Source: Euprymna scolopes (Eukaryota). From it: a DNA stretch of 64,000 nucleotides. Made by a program: the position numbers and the translations under genes. Under the pieces are notes generated by a model. The model was not told the DNA's origin. It did no database searches and worked only from the letters and a program-made list of their open reading frames with translations. The stretch lies in NCBI GenBank assembly GCA_053919585.1, contig CM132790.1; one strand, given 5' to 3'. Shown here piece after piece: positions 52,754 to 64,000 of this stretch (position 1 is the stretch's first letter; each line of letters opens with the position of its first letter).

Positions 52754-55700
52754 TGTTTTGTTAAAGTAAGCAGAAGGAAAGGAGAAAAAGAAAGGGGAAA
52801 ACAGATCAAACGAACAGGTCTTACCGTGTGTGTGAAGCGAGGTTGGACCAAAGAGACTCTAGCCTTGTACGAGGATGGAAATGGAAGAGCGAAGTAGTGG
52901 CAATCGATGGGTCACGAGAGAAATGCTGAGAGAGGAGGACTGTCAAAATTGAAATCGAGGATACCCGGATGAGAAACTATGCGGCTGTTACTGATCACCT
53001 GGTGCCTGGCGTCCAAGCGATTGTCGGAATGGATGTAATCTGCCAACTTGGAGGTGTCACAGTCGGCAGCAATCGCGTGAGTTTCGGGCCAGCTGAATGC
53101 GGAGTGAGAGAGCAGCTCAACGAAGGAATCAACCAGCTTTAAGAAAAGAAATTGATCTCAATCAGTGGTCCGGATTTTAGAGCGGAATTCGATGGGAATC
53201 AGTGGACAATGGAGTGGGCATGGAAGAATGAACCACGTACGTTTACAAACAGGATGACATGTTACGAGAACACGCTAAAAAAACGAACAAGAAATGATTT
53301 GGAACGAGAAGTGGACCGATGGATCGAGGAGAAATACTGTTGCCCTGGGTAAATGACGTCGAATCGGGCATCTTCCCATTAATGGCAGTTATGCAACCAA
53401 CAAAAAGAAAGGTCAGACCAGTAGAAGATTTCCTAGAATTCAACCGACACGTCGAGTGCCATACTGGGGTGATGCCACATATATATGCAATGAGACCATC
53501 AGAGAATGGAGGCAAATGAATGGTACCTCTAAGTTGGTCGATCTAAAATCTGCCTATTTGCAATTCCGCGTTGTCAGATATAAAGGCAGGACCTATTGCG
53601 TTACGAGGGTGGGATTCTGGCTGAACTCGTCACCCAAGATCATGTCAACCATTCTAAGGAATGTTCTAGAAAATTAGGGAAGGGAGATGGCGCTGTGATC
53701 TCATATACCGATGACATCCTCGTGGATGAAACTCTTGTGACTGTAGGGGATGTCATGTTTCACTTACAGAAGTTCAGGTTGGTCGCCAAGCCACCGAAAA
53801 ATTGGATGGGGGAGCGGCTTTGAGACTAAAGTTGAAACTAAATGCGTCGGGTTGCCTGGAATTTCGAAGAGGAAAGGAGATCCCACAAATTAAAGCAGAG
53901 CTCAACAAGCGGAAGATTTTCTCGATACGCGGCAGGCTGATCGGGCATTACCCCATCGCCAGCTGGCTTAGACCAGCATGCAGCTACATCAAGAGGCGTG
54001 CTGAAGGTAGATGATGGGATGATAGAGTGGAAGGAGAACGACCGCCTTGATTGAAGAGGTTCTGAAAGAAGTGAAAAAGCAAGCCCCAGTTGGGGGAATG
54101 TGGAACGTGCCACAAACACTGGATGGAATCGTATGGTGTGATGCAAGCAGTATTGCAACAGGGGTTGTTTTGCAAGTGATTGGATTGGTTGCGAAGGATG
54201 CCGCCTGGCTACGGACGAAGGATGATGCTAACCACATTAATGTAGCAGAATTGGATTCAGTTACCAAAGTTATTCTGGCTTTAAAATGGGGACTACGCAA
54301 CGTCTGTATGAAAACAGATTCTGCCACTGTGTTTGCTTGGCTGAAATCGAGGATTTCACATGAGAAAAGGATAAGAACGAAAGGGGTAGCAGAGATGCTA
54401 GTGGCTCAGGATGCTGGCTGAGATGATGCAGGAGTATTCTTTGGAGCTGCAGATAATCATGGTTGCCTCTCAGAAGAACAAAGCAAATTCTCTCACAGCA
54501 CTGGGAAAAATCTGGCTTGTGCAAACAAACGATCATATTGCTGCAGTGACTCATCTGGATAACTCTGGGGTGCGAGAATTGCACACTATTCACCATATAT
54601 GGGTAGAGAGAACATTGTACCCGGTGTGAAAAGTAGATCCGAGTATCCCAAAGGAAGAAGTGAAGCAAGTGGTCAGGACTAGTGAAGTGCAGTCAATGGA
54701 CCCTGCTCCAAGGGGGATGAAGCTGTAGAACTAGTGTGACTGTGATCTGGGAAAGACTCGCAGTTATATGTCACCCATTACAGGGGTGGGGTTTACATGT
54801 GGCCGCGGGTGCTTCGCTCTATGGAAAACGCTGCGAGGAAAAACGGGCAATGAAATAGCAGCAGCCCTTGACGTGGTGTTTCTGGAGTGCAGTACTTTGG
54901 AAGAGCTCATAAGCGACAATGGTACTGCTTTTAGATTGGCAGTAGTTGCGGATGTGGTTGAGAAATTAATATCCATCAATTATTTAGAGCTGCCTATAGA
55001 CACATTGGGAACGGGATTGTGGAAAGAAACCACTAGACCATAAAGGCAGTCAGAGATAGGGCGTACCTCGCCTGAGCAAGCGTTCTATTGGTACAAGGTG
55101 TCACTTAGATCGGGGCAACATCAAGAGCCAGTTCCACACCTATCAATATTCAAATACTCCTGGAGGCATTTTATGGTTGAGCTGGCAAGCAGAGATACGG
55201 AGAAAATAGGGACCATCGAACTCGGTGAGGAAGTATGGGTGGAACCCACAGGGGCGCGATGTACCATTCAGTGGAGCAGAGGACGGATAACTGGAAATGA
55301 TACTAGCAAAAACATTGCCGTAGATGGAGTACCGAGACATATTCTTGATATCAGGCCAGTGGAAAATGAAACGGTAGAAAGCGATGTGCAGCGGGAAGAT
55401 ATCGGGACATTTCAGAAACCAAGCAGGGAAAAACGACCGCAACAGTGGAATATGAAATTATGATCCAGAGATCAGGGAGGCATGTTGTTTAACGTTAGCA
55501 GAAGGAAAGGAGATAAAGAAAGGGAAAATATAGATCAAACGAACAGGTCTTACCGCGTGTGTCGGGCGAGGTTGAGCGAAAGAAAGAGAGGGAGAAATCA
55601 AGATGGCTCCCATAGTTTTAAAAAGTGTGCTCTGGTGGAAGTAACGCGAAATCATGTGAAATCATGCGGGAGATAATTATATAAAGAGTTACAGGTTAGG

Positions 55701-55790
55701 TCGGCGAGAGGTAGTCAGACGAAGGTTGGTGTCAGTGGTGATCTCAAACCCGGCGATTGTTTACTTGCAAAGAGAGATTCATTGTTTTTA
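52754..55790 (+). mobile_element. Ty3/Gypsy-type LTR retrotransposon relic: partial 5' LTR, pol (protease end, RT, RNase H, integrase), PPT, 3' LTR
   Basis: LTR heads at 52754 and 55483 share AGCAGAAGGAAAGGAGA.AAAGAAAGGG.AAA.AGATCAAACGAACAGGTCTTACCG. Pol motifs: VDLKSAYLQ; YTDDILVDE; VWCDASS; HINVAELD; TDSATV; ELISDNGTAF; GNGIVERNH; LGEEVWV..DGVPRHILDIR. AGGGAGGCA precedes the 3' LTR. The right boundary is uncertain. Confidence 0.9.
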
Positions 55791-56799
55791 TTTCTTTACT
55801 TTTCTCGTCCTTAACTAGGAACCCTTCATACTGTTTTCACAATGCTTACCATACTAGTGAATCATTGCCTCATCTTGAAAGAGTGACGTGACTGGTTGCA
55901 AAGGTTCTATAGAGTTGCTTGTTAGATTCTAATGAGTGGAAAACATATTTGTTATTTGTAGTAAATGAAGGATTATCGAAAAAAATGAATGCATTAATTT
56001 ACTCACACCGGCTTCTTTTTATAGCTTCTAGACAGCTTCATTCTTTATCATACTTGAATTTCTATAAAACCCCCCCTAAATGACACAGAAAAATGTCAGA
56101 TACTATCAAAATTCTGATGAACACCTTCATTTTTTGTTACTTAAAATATGTTTGACCTGTAAAAGTTGCATAGACTATTGTCGTTTTTAATCAAAAATTC
56201 TGCAGCTCCTTATCAAAAAATAATTTGAAAAAAACTGAACTGAAAAAAGTCTATATTTCATTTTATTTGCTCTCGCAAATATATAGTTAGCAGGTGTCAG
56301 AAACATGACGAGACTATATGTTGCAGGTTAATTGTTCAGGGTGGGTAAGCCATTGCGGGTCTTATAATTTTCAGTAGTATGATATTTGCCAAGGAATATT
56401 AATATATGATAAATAGATCTGACAATATAATTAATTTACAGTAAGTGAGAGAGGAATCTTTCGCTATACTTTCCCCTACACATGTCAATTCAACTCATAC
56501 AATATACAATATGTAATGTTATCAGCTTTTTTTCTAATAGCGAGTAGACTATGGATTCTGAGTTCGTTATCGGCAGCTGCCGTAATTCACTTTCTTTAAT
56601 TTGTCCTTCGGTCCTTATCTCCAATGATTGATTTTTGTTACAAAGCTGTATTCTTGGTCAGCAGTATTTTTGCATTGACGGTAGCCTGAAATGTTGGAAA
56701 TGCTCTCTTTACTTGTGTTACTTGTGATCATGAAACTAATAAGGGTGCTGGAGATAAATATTTTATCTCGGTTGATCTCATCCGCTTGATAGCTAGGGA

Positions 56800-58680
56800 C
56801 ACGAACATAAGATTAACCACTAAGGAGGCTGTTCTTCCAGTAGGTGCAAAGTGCTAGCACTGCTGTATTGTTATTTGGTGAATGGATTCTGGGTATTTCA
56901 GTAGTTTCTCGTGGGGCTTCTCGAGATAGTAGGAACACGTTACGGCTTTACCATATCATGTGTTATAAAAAAGATTTCTCCGTTTTTTTCTCGCTCAGTT
57001 CTCTCATATGTCATGTGCTAACCAATTCTATCGACCTGCCCAAATATTTCCAAACATCCACCGAGAAAAAATACAAAAATAAACCCAAACCTCCTTCTCC
57101 AAAAGCAGGGTCTACATTCCAACCTTCCAGTACAATTAGATGATACTTAGCCAAACCTATTATTGGCAAGCGATACTGTCATCGGACCGAGTATTTTTCC
57201 TAGATGAGTTCGTAAAAAAAGTATATTCAAACTTAACACCCAAATCTGATCACCAGGATCGACATGGCATGCAATGTGTGCCTACATTTAAGAGAGCTTT
57301 CCATGGGATACGAATATCATCAGAGAAGATCCTAATTTACGCAATATGTGCTTCTGGGTTCCATTTGTCCACGCCACCGTGTTCATATCTATTCTGTGTC
57401 GTCCCCACAATAGCGGATTTTTAAGAGCATATTTGAGAAAAGTGACCACATCCTTGCTGCTCATCTTTCGGATAACATTCACCTCTGTGGAGACTTTAAT
57501 GTTCAGAATGAGGAATGGTAAACCCACTAGAACAAGACAGATGGTGAGGGAAGGTTTTGGTAGGATTTCACATTGCTTATGAAGTCACACAGATTGTTCA
57601 CGAACCCACCCGTATGCCTGACACTGGCAGTCAGTATACAAGTATTCTAGACCTTTTTCTCACCACTTTCCCAAAGCTATGATCATCTTTCATTCTTTCT
57701 CAAATGGGATATTCCGACCACTTTGTTGTATCAGTTGAGATAAAAATAGAATGTATTGTCCTACAACGTACCTTTCCATTATACAGTATATCTGTACTCT
57801 ATGGCGAAGGAGGATAACTTAATTACATATATATCAGCTTTACATGTTTAAAAAGAATGCCGCATCTCTAGTATCAGACTTGACAGAATAGTTAAGTGTA
57901 GGTAAAAAAACATTTCATACTCTGGAAATACATTCAGAAAAAAACAAACAGCAAGCCGCGATTCTCCCCCAGAATATGCTGCCGCCATTGCCGAAAGAAA
58001 TCACTTTTTCCATTTCTTCCAACGTCATAGGTTTCACCAGACGAAAGCGGCATTCAGGATTGCCAGCAATTACTGTAAAAAGTATAAAGAGAGCAACAGT
58101 GTTGTATGCTGAGTCCCTTAAGTCGAAAGTAGCTGAGCAGCGGCTTAGTTGGCAAAAGTATTGGCAAATAAGAAATAAAGCTCTGAACAAAAGTGTGTGG
58201 TCTATCCCAATCATCATCAAGCGACCCGATGAAATCTGCTCAGCATCAGACTAACCTCAACTATTTGGTAGGAAGTTCGAAGCTAATACTACCCGTTTGC
58301 AATCAAGGCAGTCAACGCGCTCCCGTATTTCCTCCTGCATAAAAAACACGCTATGCAACATACAAATACAAGTGCGTGATGTTGCAACCCATATCCAACA
58401 CATTGCTTTCAGTAAAGCAACTGACAGCATTTCAAATCGACCAGAACAAGCACCTATACTTACAAAGTTGTTTAAGAGTTGTATTTAGGAAAATTTCATT
58501 CGAACACTCTGTAAAACCCTATCAATATGTCCCGTATTTAAGAATTCAGGTGATCGGTTATCTTCCTCTCAGTACAGACTAATACATTTCCTGTGGGTCA
58601 TGAGGAAGTTGCTGGAATCAGTGTTACATAGAAAAGTAGTTAACCAATTCAGAAAAAAGTTATTAAAATAGTTTTTGCTG
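56800..58680 (+). mobile_element. 5' half of CR1/Jockey-type LINE (APE, linker, RT start), truncated at a mariner relic
   Basis: NIHLCGDFNVQNEEW; TQIVHEPTRMPDTGSQYTSILDLFLTT; MGYSDHFVVSV; FKNSGDRLSSSQYRLI. Confidence 0.88.
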
Positions 58681-58689
58681 ATAGATTCA

Positions 58690-59102
58690 TAAAAGCAGTG
58701 ATTGATGGGCAGAAGAATTCAACAAATACAGGCAGCATTAGTCAACAGAAAGAAAGCCGAAGTCTCTTTCACGACAATGCAAGATCGCTCGTTGCTAAAC
58801 CAGTGCTGCAATACTCGATCAAAGTAGATCACGAAAACCTGCCTCATCCGCAACTCTCTCAAAGCCTCTCACCTACCGACCACCAATTTTATGCGAGAGA
58901 AACACTTTAAAAAATCTTAGCGATATTAAAAAACGCCTTTATTGACTTGATTGCCACTAGAAAGTAAGATTTGTATAGTGTTTAGACTTGTGTTGATTCT
59001 GCTGGTGCTAACTGCGATCAATACATTTTTGTTTGAGCCGAAATACGTTCATTCCAATGTTAAAGTTAAAAATCGTAGAACTTTCTTGTTAAACTGTTAA
59101 TA
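58690..59102 (+). mobile_element. Mariner (DD34D) transposase C-terminal relic with right end
   Basis: LFHDNARSLVAKPVLQ...ENLPHPQLSQSLSPTDHQF corresponds to LLHDNARPH...LPHPPYSPDLSPTDYHF. Confidence 0.85.
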
Positions 59103-59604
59103 ATAATCATAATAATGCTGCAAAAACAGACAAGAGCTGCAGACACATATTTATCATACATGAACTGGTACTATTTTAAGACAGAAAAGGATACATCATG
59201 GAATTATAAAATTGAAACGGTATAATTATGAGTTAAACGCCCTTGGCTTCCGCCCCATTTTTGGATGTGTATGCCATCATTAACTGGAATTACACCATAT
59301 AAATGAGGAAGGGTAAGAAGGGATGGAAAAACTGAGGATAGACCGCACTAGCCAGACCTCAACTTGATTATTTCAAAAACGAATGAGTTTTTAAGAGGTT
59401 TATTGCCACCAAAATTCCATTTAGGACTAATCGGCGATGCTAACGAGAACACAATCTGAAGATGCTGTCGTGATGATGCAAATTAATCTGCCTATTAAGG
59501 TGATCGAAAAGGCTGTTTGTTGGCTTTAAGACTCCAGATAACACCACAAGTGTGTCGCTGCGAGAAACTTTTATGACGGCCTTTGTAACGACTTGTAGTG
59601 TGTA

Positions 59605-59666
<62 letters not shown>

Positions 59667-59816
59667 ATTTTTGGGGATAAATACTGTACCAAAATTAAAT
59701 TAGATTTATTCCAACAAAATAATTATTACAAACGCTAATTACAGAAAATAATTAGCAAATAGTCAAAAAGAAACAATATGGCATTATTTGTTTTCAAATT
59801 TTATCGCTCGTATCTT

Positions 59817-62757
59817 TGTAACCCATATTCTGATGAAGTTGGCTCGGAGCCCTTGTGCCTGGAAACTTCGGCTCATATCGTCTGTTTCTTCTCAGAGGGT
59901 CGTTGTATTGAATCCTGGATGCTGAAAGCGAATATCGAAGCCGCAGCAGAAAGAAAAACAGACACGTGAAATTCTACTCTATGAGGATTAATTCACGAAA
60001 TTATGTACAAATGTTTTTTTACAAATATCGTTAAGTTCTGAGTAAGTTAGTAAGTTTTTCTAAGTCTCAAATCTCTCTTCACATACAGCGTCATACGGGT
60101 GGGGAAGGGGTCACGTCTTCAGGGAACAGCGGGCTTCGAGTTCGCGCACGCACTCTTGCTGGAAACTGCTTCAAACATCCTTCGAAAATTGACTAATTTC
60201 ATGACACTAGTATTAATAGTAGTGGGCGTGGTAAGGCCAATCAGATCACGCCACGATAGTACGGAAAAAATCAGACTGCGAATGTGCAATTCAATTGAGA
60301 TTCAAGTCAACATTAAAATCCCATGACCTCTTAGGTCCTCACTGTCAGTTCGACATCTAGCTTGTAAGTTCGTCAAGACCAGACAGTATTATGTTAATGT
60401 TCTAAGTTCATGTCATCAATTTTAAATGCAAAATATATCCCTTTGACTTCCAAACAATATCTATTTTGACAATGAAATAAAATATATATTTATATTCTCT
60501 ATTTCCAATCTTGTAGATATATGCCGTTACCTGGGATCGATTAAATCTATCTTAGCATACCTTGATCCCTTATTGTTGCGATTATGTTACATTCACCCCA
60601 ATTAAACGCCGTTGCTTAAACAGAAGCAACGGAGTATAATACCTCAATATACCGCTCCATCCCTTTCAGTTCGCCTTCAGATTTTTTCCACAGGCCCCTC
60701 TCTCCATCATCAAATTACCCGTCAAAAAGATAACATATACACAATCCAATATCCTCCTTTGAATCAGGATGCTCCCTCTTTTTCATTCAAAAGTCCATAA
60801 GAAAGTTATTTCAAAAAGTTAATAAGATCATAAAAATGCAAAACTTCAGAGTTCATTGGCTATAATACAGTCTCTCTTTTTTTGTTCACATGCAAGTTTT
60901 TTTTGTTTGTATATTCTTTATTTCAGTTCACATTAATAATTCAAAGATAAGATAATTACCATTTAAAAATTGTCACTCAATAAAATGCAACAAGTTCATC
61001 AATTAGCTCATAAGAGTTACTTCCCTTGTGTAAAAGTTTTGCCCCCTTTCGTTTTTAATTAAGCTAGGGAATATTTCTCACCTTAAGCAGTCGCAGTTGC
61101 ACCATCACCTTTTATTTCACAGTTTAAATCTCCTTTATAAGCATCTTGTCAGAATGTCTTTCATTGAGGACTTGCCACCTCAATAGACGGTCATTCAAGG
61201 TATCGTTAGGATTTTTCTGTTGACATTTCTCAGCTCAGCGCGCTGCAAGGATTTTAGTAAAACAGAGAGAAAAGAAGAGAAAGAAAAGAAGAGAATCATC
61301 AAGTCGTCCTCAGTTCCTTTGGGTTTCCGTATCAGGAAGGCCTTCAGGTTGCACTTCGTTTTCGTTTACACCAGCAGTTGAATTCTCCAGAATCACAGGC
61401 GGGTTCGAACCAGGGTCTCCCTTGCCACTTGTGCAATCAGCCTCGAGATGCTCACCACCTTGCTTTCTTTCTACATTCGCTCTTTTCATGCACCACTCAG
61501 TTACCAACAACAGCACAATTATCGTTACTAGCGCGCTCAATCCCGCCATGTAACCATTACCTTATTAAGCCAATCCCTAGCTTCTGTAATATCCAGACCG
61601 TTTAATCGGTCCTGCAATTCATTTAAATCTATTTGTCTAACTCCTCTCATAGCTTTTAGTAGTCTAAGTCGTGTATGTAATTGTGGACGATGAATCAGGG
61701 GGTCCCAGTGGTCAGTGAGGTTATTCAGTTCGTAATTCACCCACTCTACTTCAGGTGCTTTTAACAAATACCGTTCTTCAACCTGATAATACACAGATAA
61801 GTCTATGCCTTTTCCACTGGCTTCACAATCCCTGCCCAATTCTACCATAGTTAAAGGTGGTCTCACCTTGATTACCCCAGGAAACGTGTTACCGCATACC
61901 TTGGACAATTCCAACTTCTGTTGCGTGGACACCAACCAGGTGCCTTCAGCTACTCTTATAGCCAGTAGCAAAAGACCATCACTTGCCACTTCAACCTTGC
62001 AGATGATATTTATCACTCTCTACTCCCCCTAAAATAATCCCAACACACAGAAAGAAAAACAGACACGTGAAATTCTACTCTATGTAAGTATGTACAAATG
62101 ATTTTACAAATATCGTTCTGATCTTAGTAAGTTTTTCAAAGTCTCAAATCTCTCTTCACAGACAGCGTCATACGGGTGGAGAAGAGGTCACGTCTTAAGG
62201 GAACGGCTGGCTTAGTTCGAGTTTCGCGGACAAACTCTTGCTGGAAACTGCTTCGAAACTCCTTCGTAAACTGACTAATTTCCTGCGACACTAGTATTAA
62301 TAGTAGTGTTTGTGGTCGGGGTGGAAGTTTCCCACTCCAATCAGATCACGCCACGAAATTACAGAAAAAAAACAGACTGCGTTGTGCAATTCAGCCTGAG
62401 ATCCGAGATTTCAAGTCAACATTACAATCTCATGACCGCTAAGGTCTACACTGTCAGTCTGCCATCTTACTTTTGAGTTCGTCAAGACCAGACTGTGTTA
62501 TGTTGTTGTTTTAAGTTCATGTGTTAAGTTCCTGTTCATGTTGTTGTTTTAAGTTCCTGTCATCAATTGTAAATGCAAAATATATCTTTCTGACTTCCAA
62601 ACAATATTTATTTTGACAATGAAATAAAATATATATTTATATTCACTGTTTTAAATCCTCGGGATATCTGCCGTTACCCGGGATCGATTAAAGCTATCTT
62701 AGCATACCGCCTCCGCTATGATAGGTCAATTCGCTCCCTCGGGTCGATTATGTTACA
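59817..62757 (-). mobile_element. LTR retroelement relic with an env-like gene fragment; 3' LTR 59817-60591, truncated 5' LTR 62048-62757
   Basis: A 650-700 bp direct repeat (59947-60591 versus 62048-62757). The complete LTR is bounded by TGTAAC...GTTACA. PPT-like TGGGGTGAA abuts it on the minus strand. Flanks TCTT and CCTT form a 4-bp TSD with one mismatch. Confidence 0.85.
61310..62047 (-). pseudogene. Envelope/fusion glycoprotein-like C-terminal fragment with transmembrane anchor (frameshifted)
   Basis: CVLGLF.../VINIICKVEV...AIRVAEGTWLVSTQQKLELSKVC...VELGRDCEA..IDLSVYY, then a heptad-like IDLNELQDRLNGL, then TM GLSALVTIIVLLLV with basic tail KRANVERK; located just before the 3' UTR, PPT and LTR. 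Confidence 0.6.
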
Positions 62758-62779
62758 CCTTCATTACACTACGAAGTAT

Positions 62780-63850
62780 TTTGGTGGTATTTTTCTATAG
62801 ATGCACGCACTATATAAAAACGTATTTTCTCTCAGAATGTGTTCTATTCTATCTTAAAAGCTTAACTTTTTTGTACGAGGAGTATAGTGGGCTTTCTGTT
62901 CAGGATAATGTTATGAAGAATGCCATTTCTTTTCGGCGATTTAGGACGTACGGTTTTCTCTACACAATTTCTGATGTACATGAGCAGTGTGGGTTGTCGC
63001 ACCATCTTGTTGGAGAACCACACTTAATATGCCTACACAGAATTACAGAATGGGTCAGAGTACATTTAAATACATCCTCAATGTAACGGTTTTTGCTAAT
63101 CCTGAACTTTTGCCGGGGAAAACACGAGGAGATTTTACTCTCTCAGAAATTGCTGGCCAGATCATCACTAACAGCTTTGCTGGATTTAAAGGTATCGCGT
63201 CAGGACGTCTAGAATAGTCTGTTATTTTGAGTATTGTAGGACTGTTGAAGTGATAATAACTTTACATACGGTTTAACAAGTGTCGACTTCTTATGAGCAT
63301 CTGTGCAATTGTAAGTGCAGAGAGATGCTCTCGCTTTTCGAGCGTATGGGATTAGACCTGCAGTGACCTCACCATATTCTTTGCAAAGTGACCTCAACAT
63401 ATTCTTTACAAAGTCCTTGATGCCGTTAATGCTTTCTTCTCTATTTATCTCATGTATCTTCTAGGATTTCGCCTGATTATTTTACTAACAATTTCTTTAT
63501 GAGTGTAAGTGTTCTTGAGGAGTGGGAACGATCTGATTGGTGCCTGTTTTGATCGACAAAATTCCCAGGTAACGATCAATCGTCTTGTTTATAAACATTC
63601 TGTTGTTTTGAGGGGGTTTCCATTACTTGAATATTTCGTGTACACACAATCGCTTTCGAAGCTGCTCTATGATGTACCTTTCTTTAATTCAACAGACATA
63701 CGTAACATTTTTAATCTACTAACATTTATACATTGCAAACATGTTGTTTTATTTTTCCTTATTCCAGCTTTGACTTTAATCCTGAACAGTTAAACTTTAC
63801 TTGTCTTGTTTTCTTTTTATTTATTTTCCTAAATCTTTTTTGTAAAATAT
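62780..63850 (-). mobile_element. Tc1/mariner-superfamily transposase relic
   Basis: Minus at about 63020-62980 reads QQDGATTHTAH (WFQQDGAT.H motif); AIS...F resembles CAIS..GIIGPYFF upstream. Confidence 0.7.
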
Positions 63851-64000
63851 ACTATTATTAACCAACAGTTTTTCGTATATTTAAAAAAAAAGTCTCCCAT
63901 GAAAATGAGCGTTTCCCAAATTATGCATGCACTATTATCTGAACTCAAAAAACACGCGGCTTTCTTGCTTTACAATATGCATTACTTTTAGCTAGTTTAA

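Noticed and set aside
59830-59878. CTGATGA...GAAAC hammerhead-like string in the LTR
   Set aside because: Stem II does not close next to the core and there is no paired UH cleavage site

Overview
AT-rich eukaryotic DNA, most likely an invertebrate animal (taxon cannot be determined), from a gapped draft assembly with six N-runs. I found no intact host protein-coding gene, rRNA, tRNA or CRISPR array. The window is a graveyard of decayed mobile elements separated by (TA)n and (AAT)n microsatellites. It holds six CR1/Jockey-type LINE remnants, two RTE-type LINEs (one near full length, 26.2-30.1 kb), two Penelope-like (GIY-YIG) remnants, at least eight Tc1/mariner-superfamily fragments, a spliced THAP/P-element transposase relic, non-autonomous Helitron-like elements, a foldback palindrome and two LTR elements. 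Three things stand out. (1) An LTR element at 59817-62757 (-) whose only remaining coding sequence is the C-terminus of an envelope-like membrane glycoprotein, i.e. a relic endogenous-retrovirus-like element. (2) A cluster of type I hammerhead-ribozyme-like motifs: a 331-bp tandem dimer with one motif per monomer (retrozyme or Penelope pLTR architecture) and a minimal motif with a compensatory U3-A8 core pair. (3) Local structural oddities: a 31-bp minisatellite arising inside a LINE ORF, head-to-tail Helitron junctions and a 555-bp palindrome. All family calls come from motifs recognised by eye, and boundaries of decayed elements are approximate.
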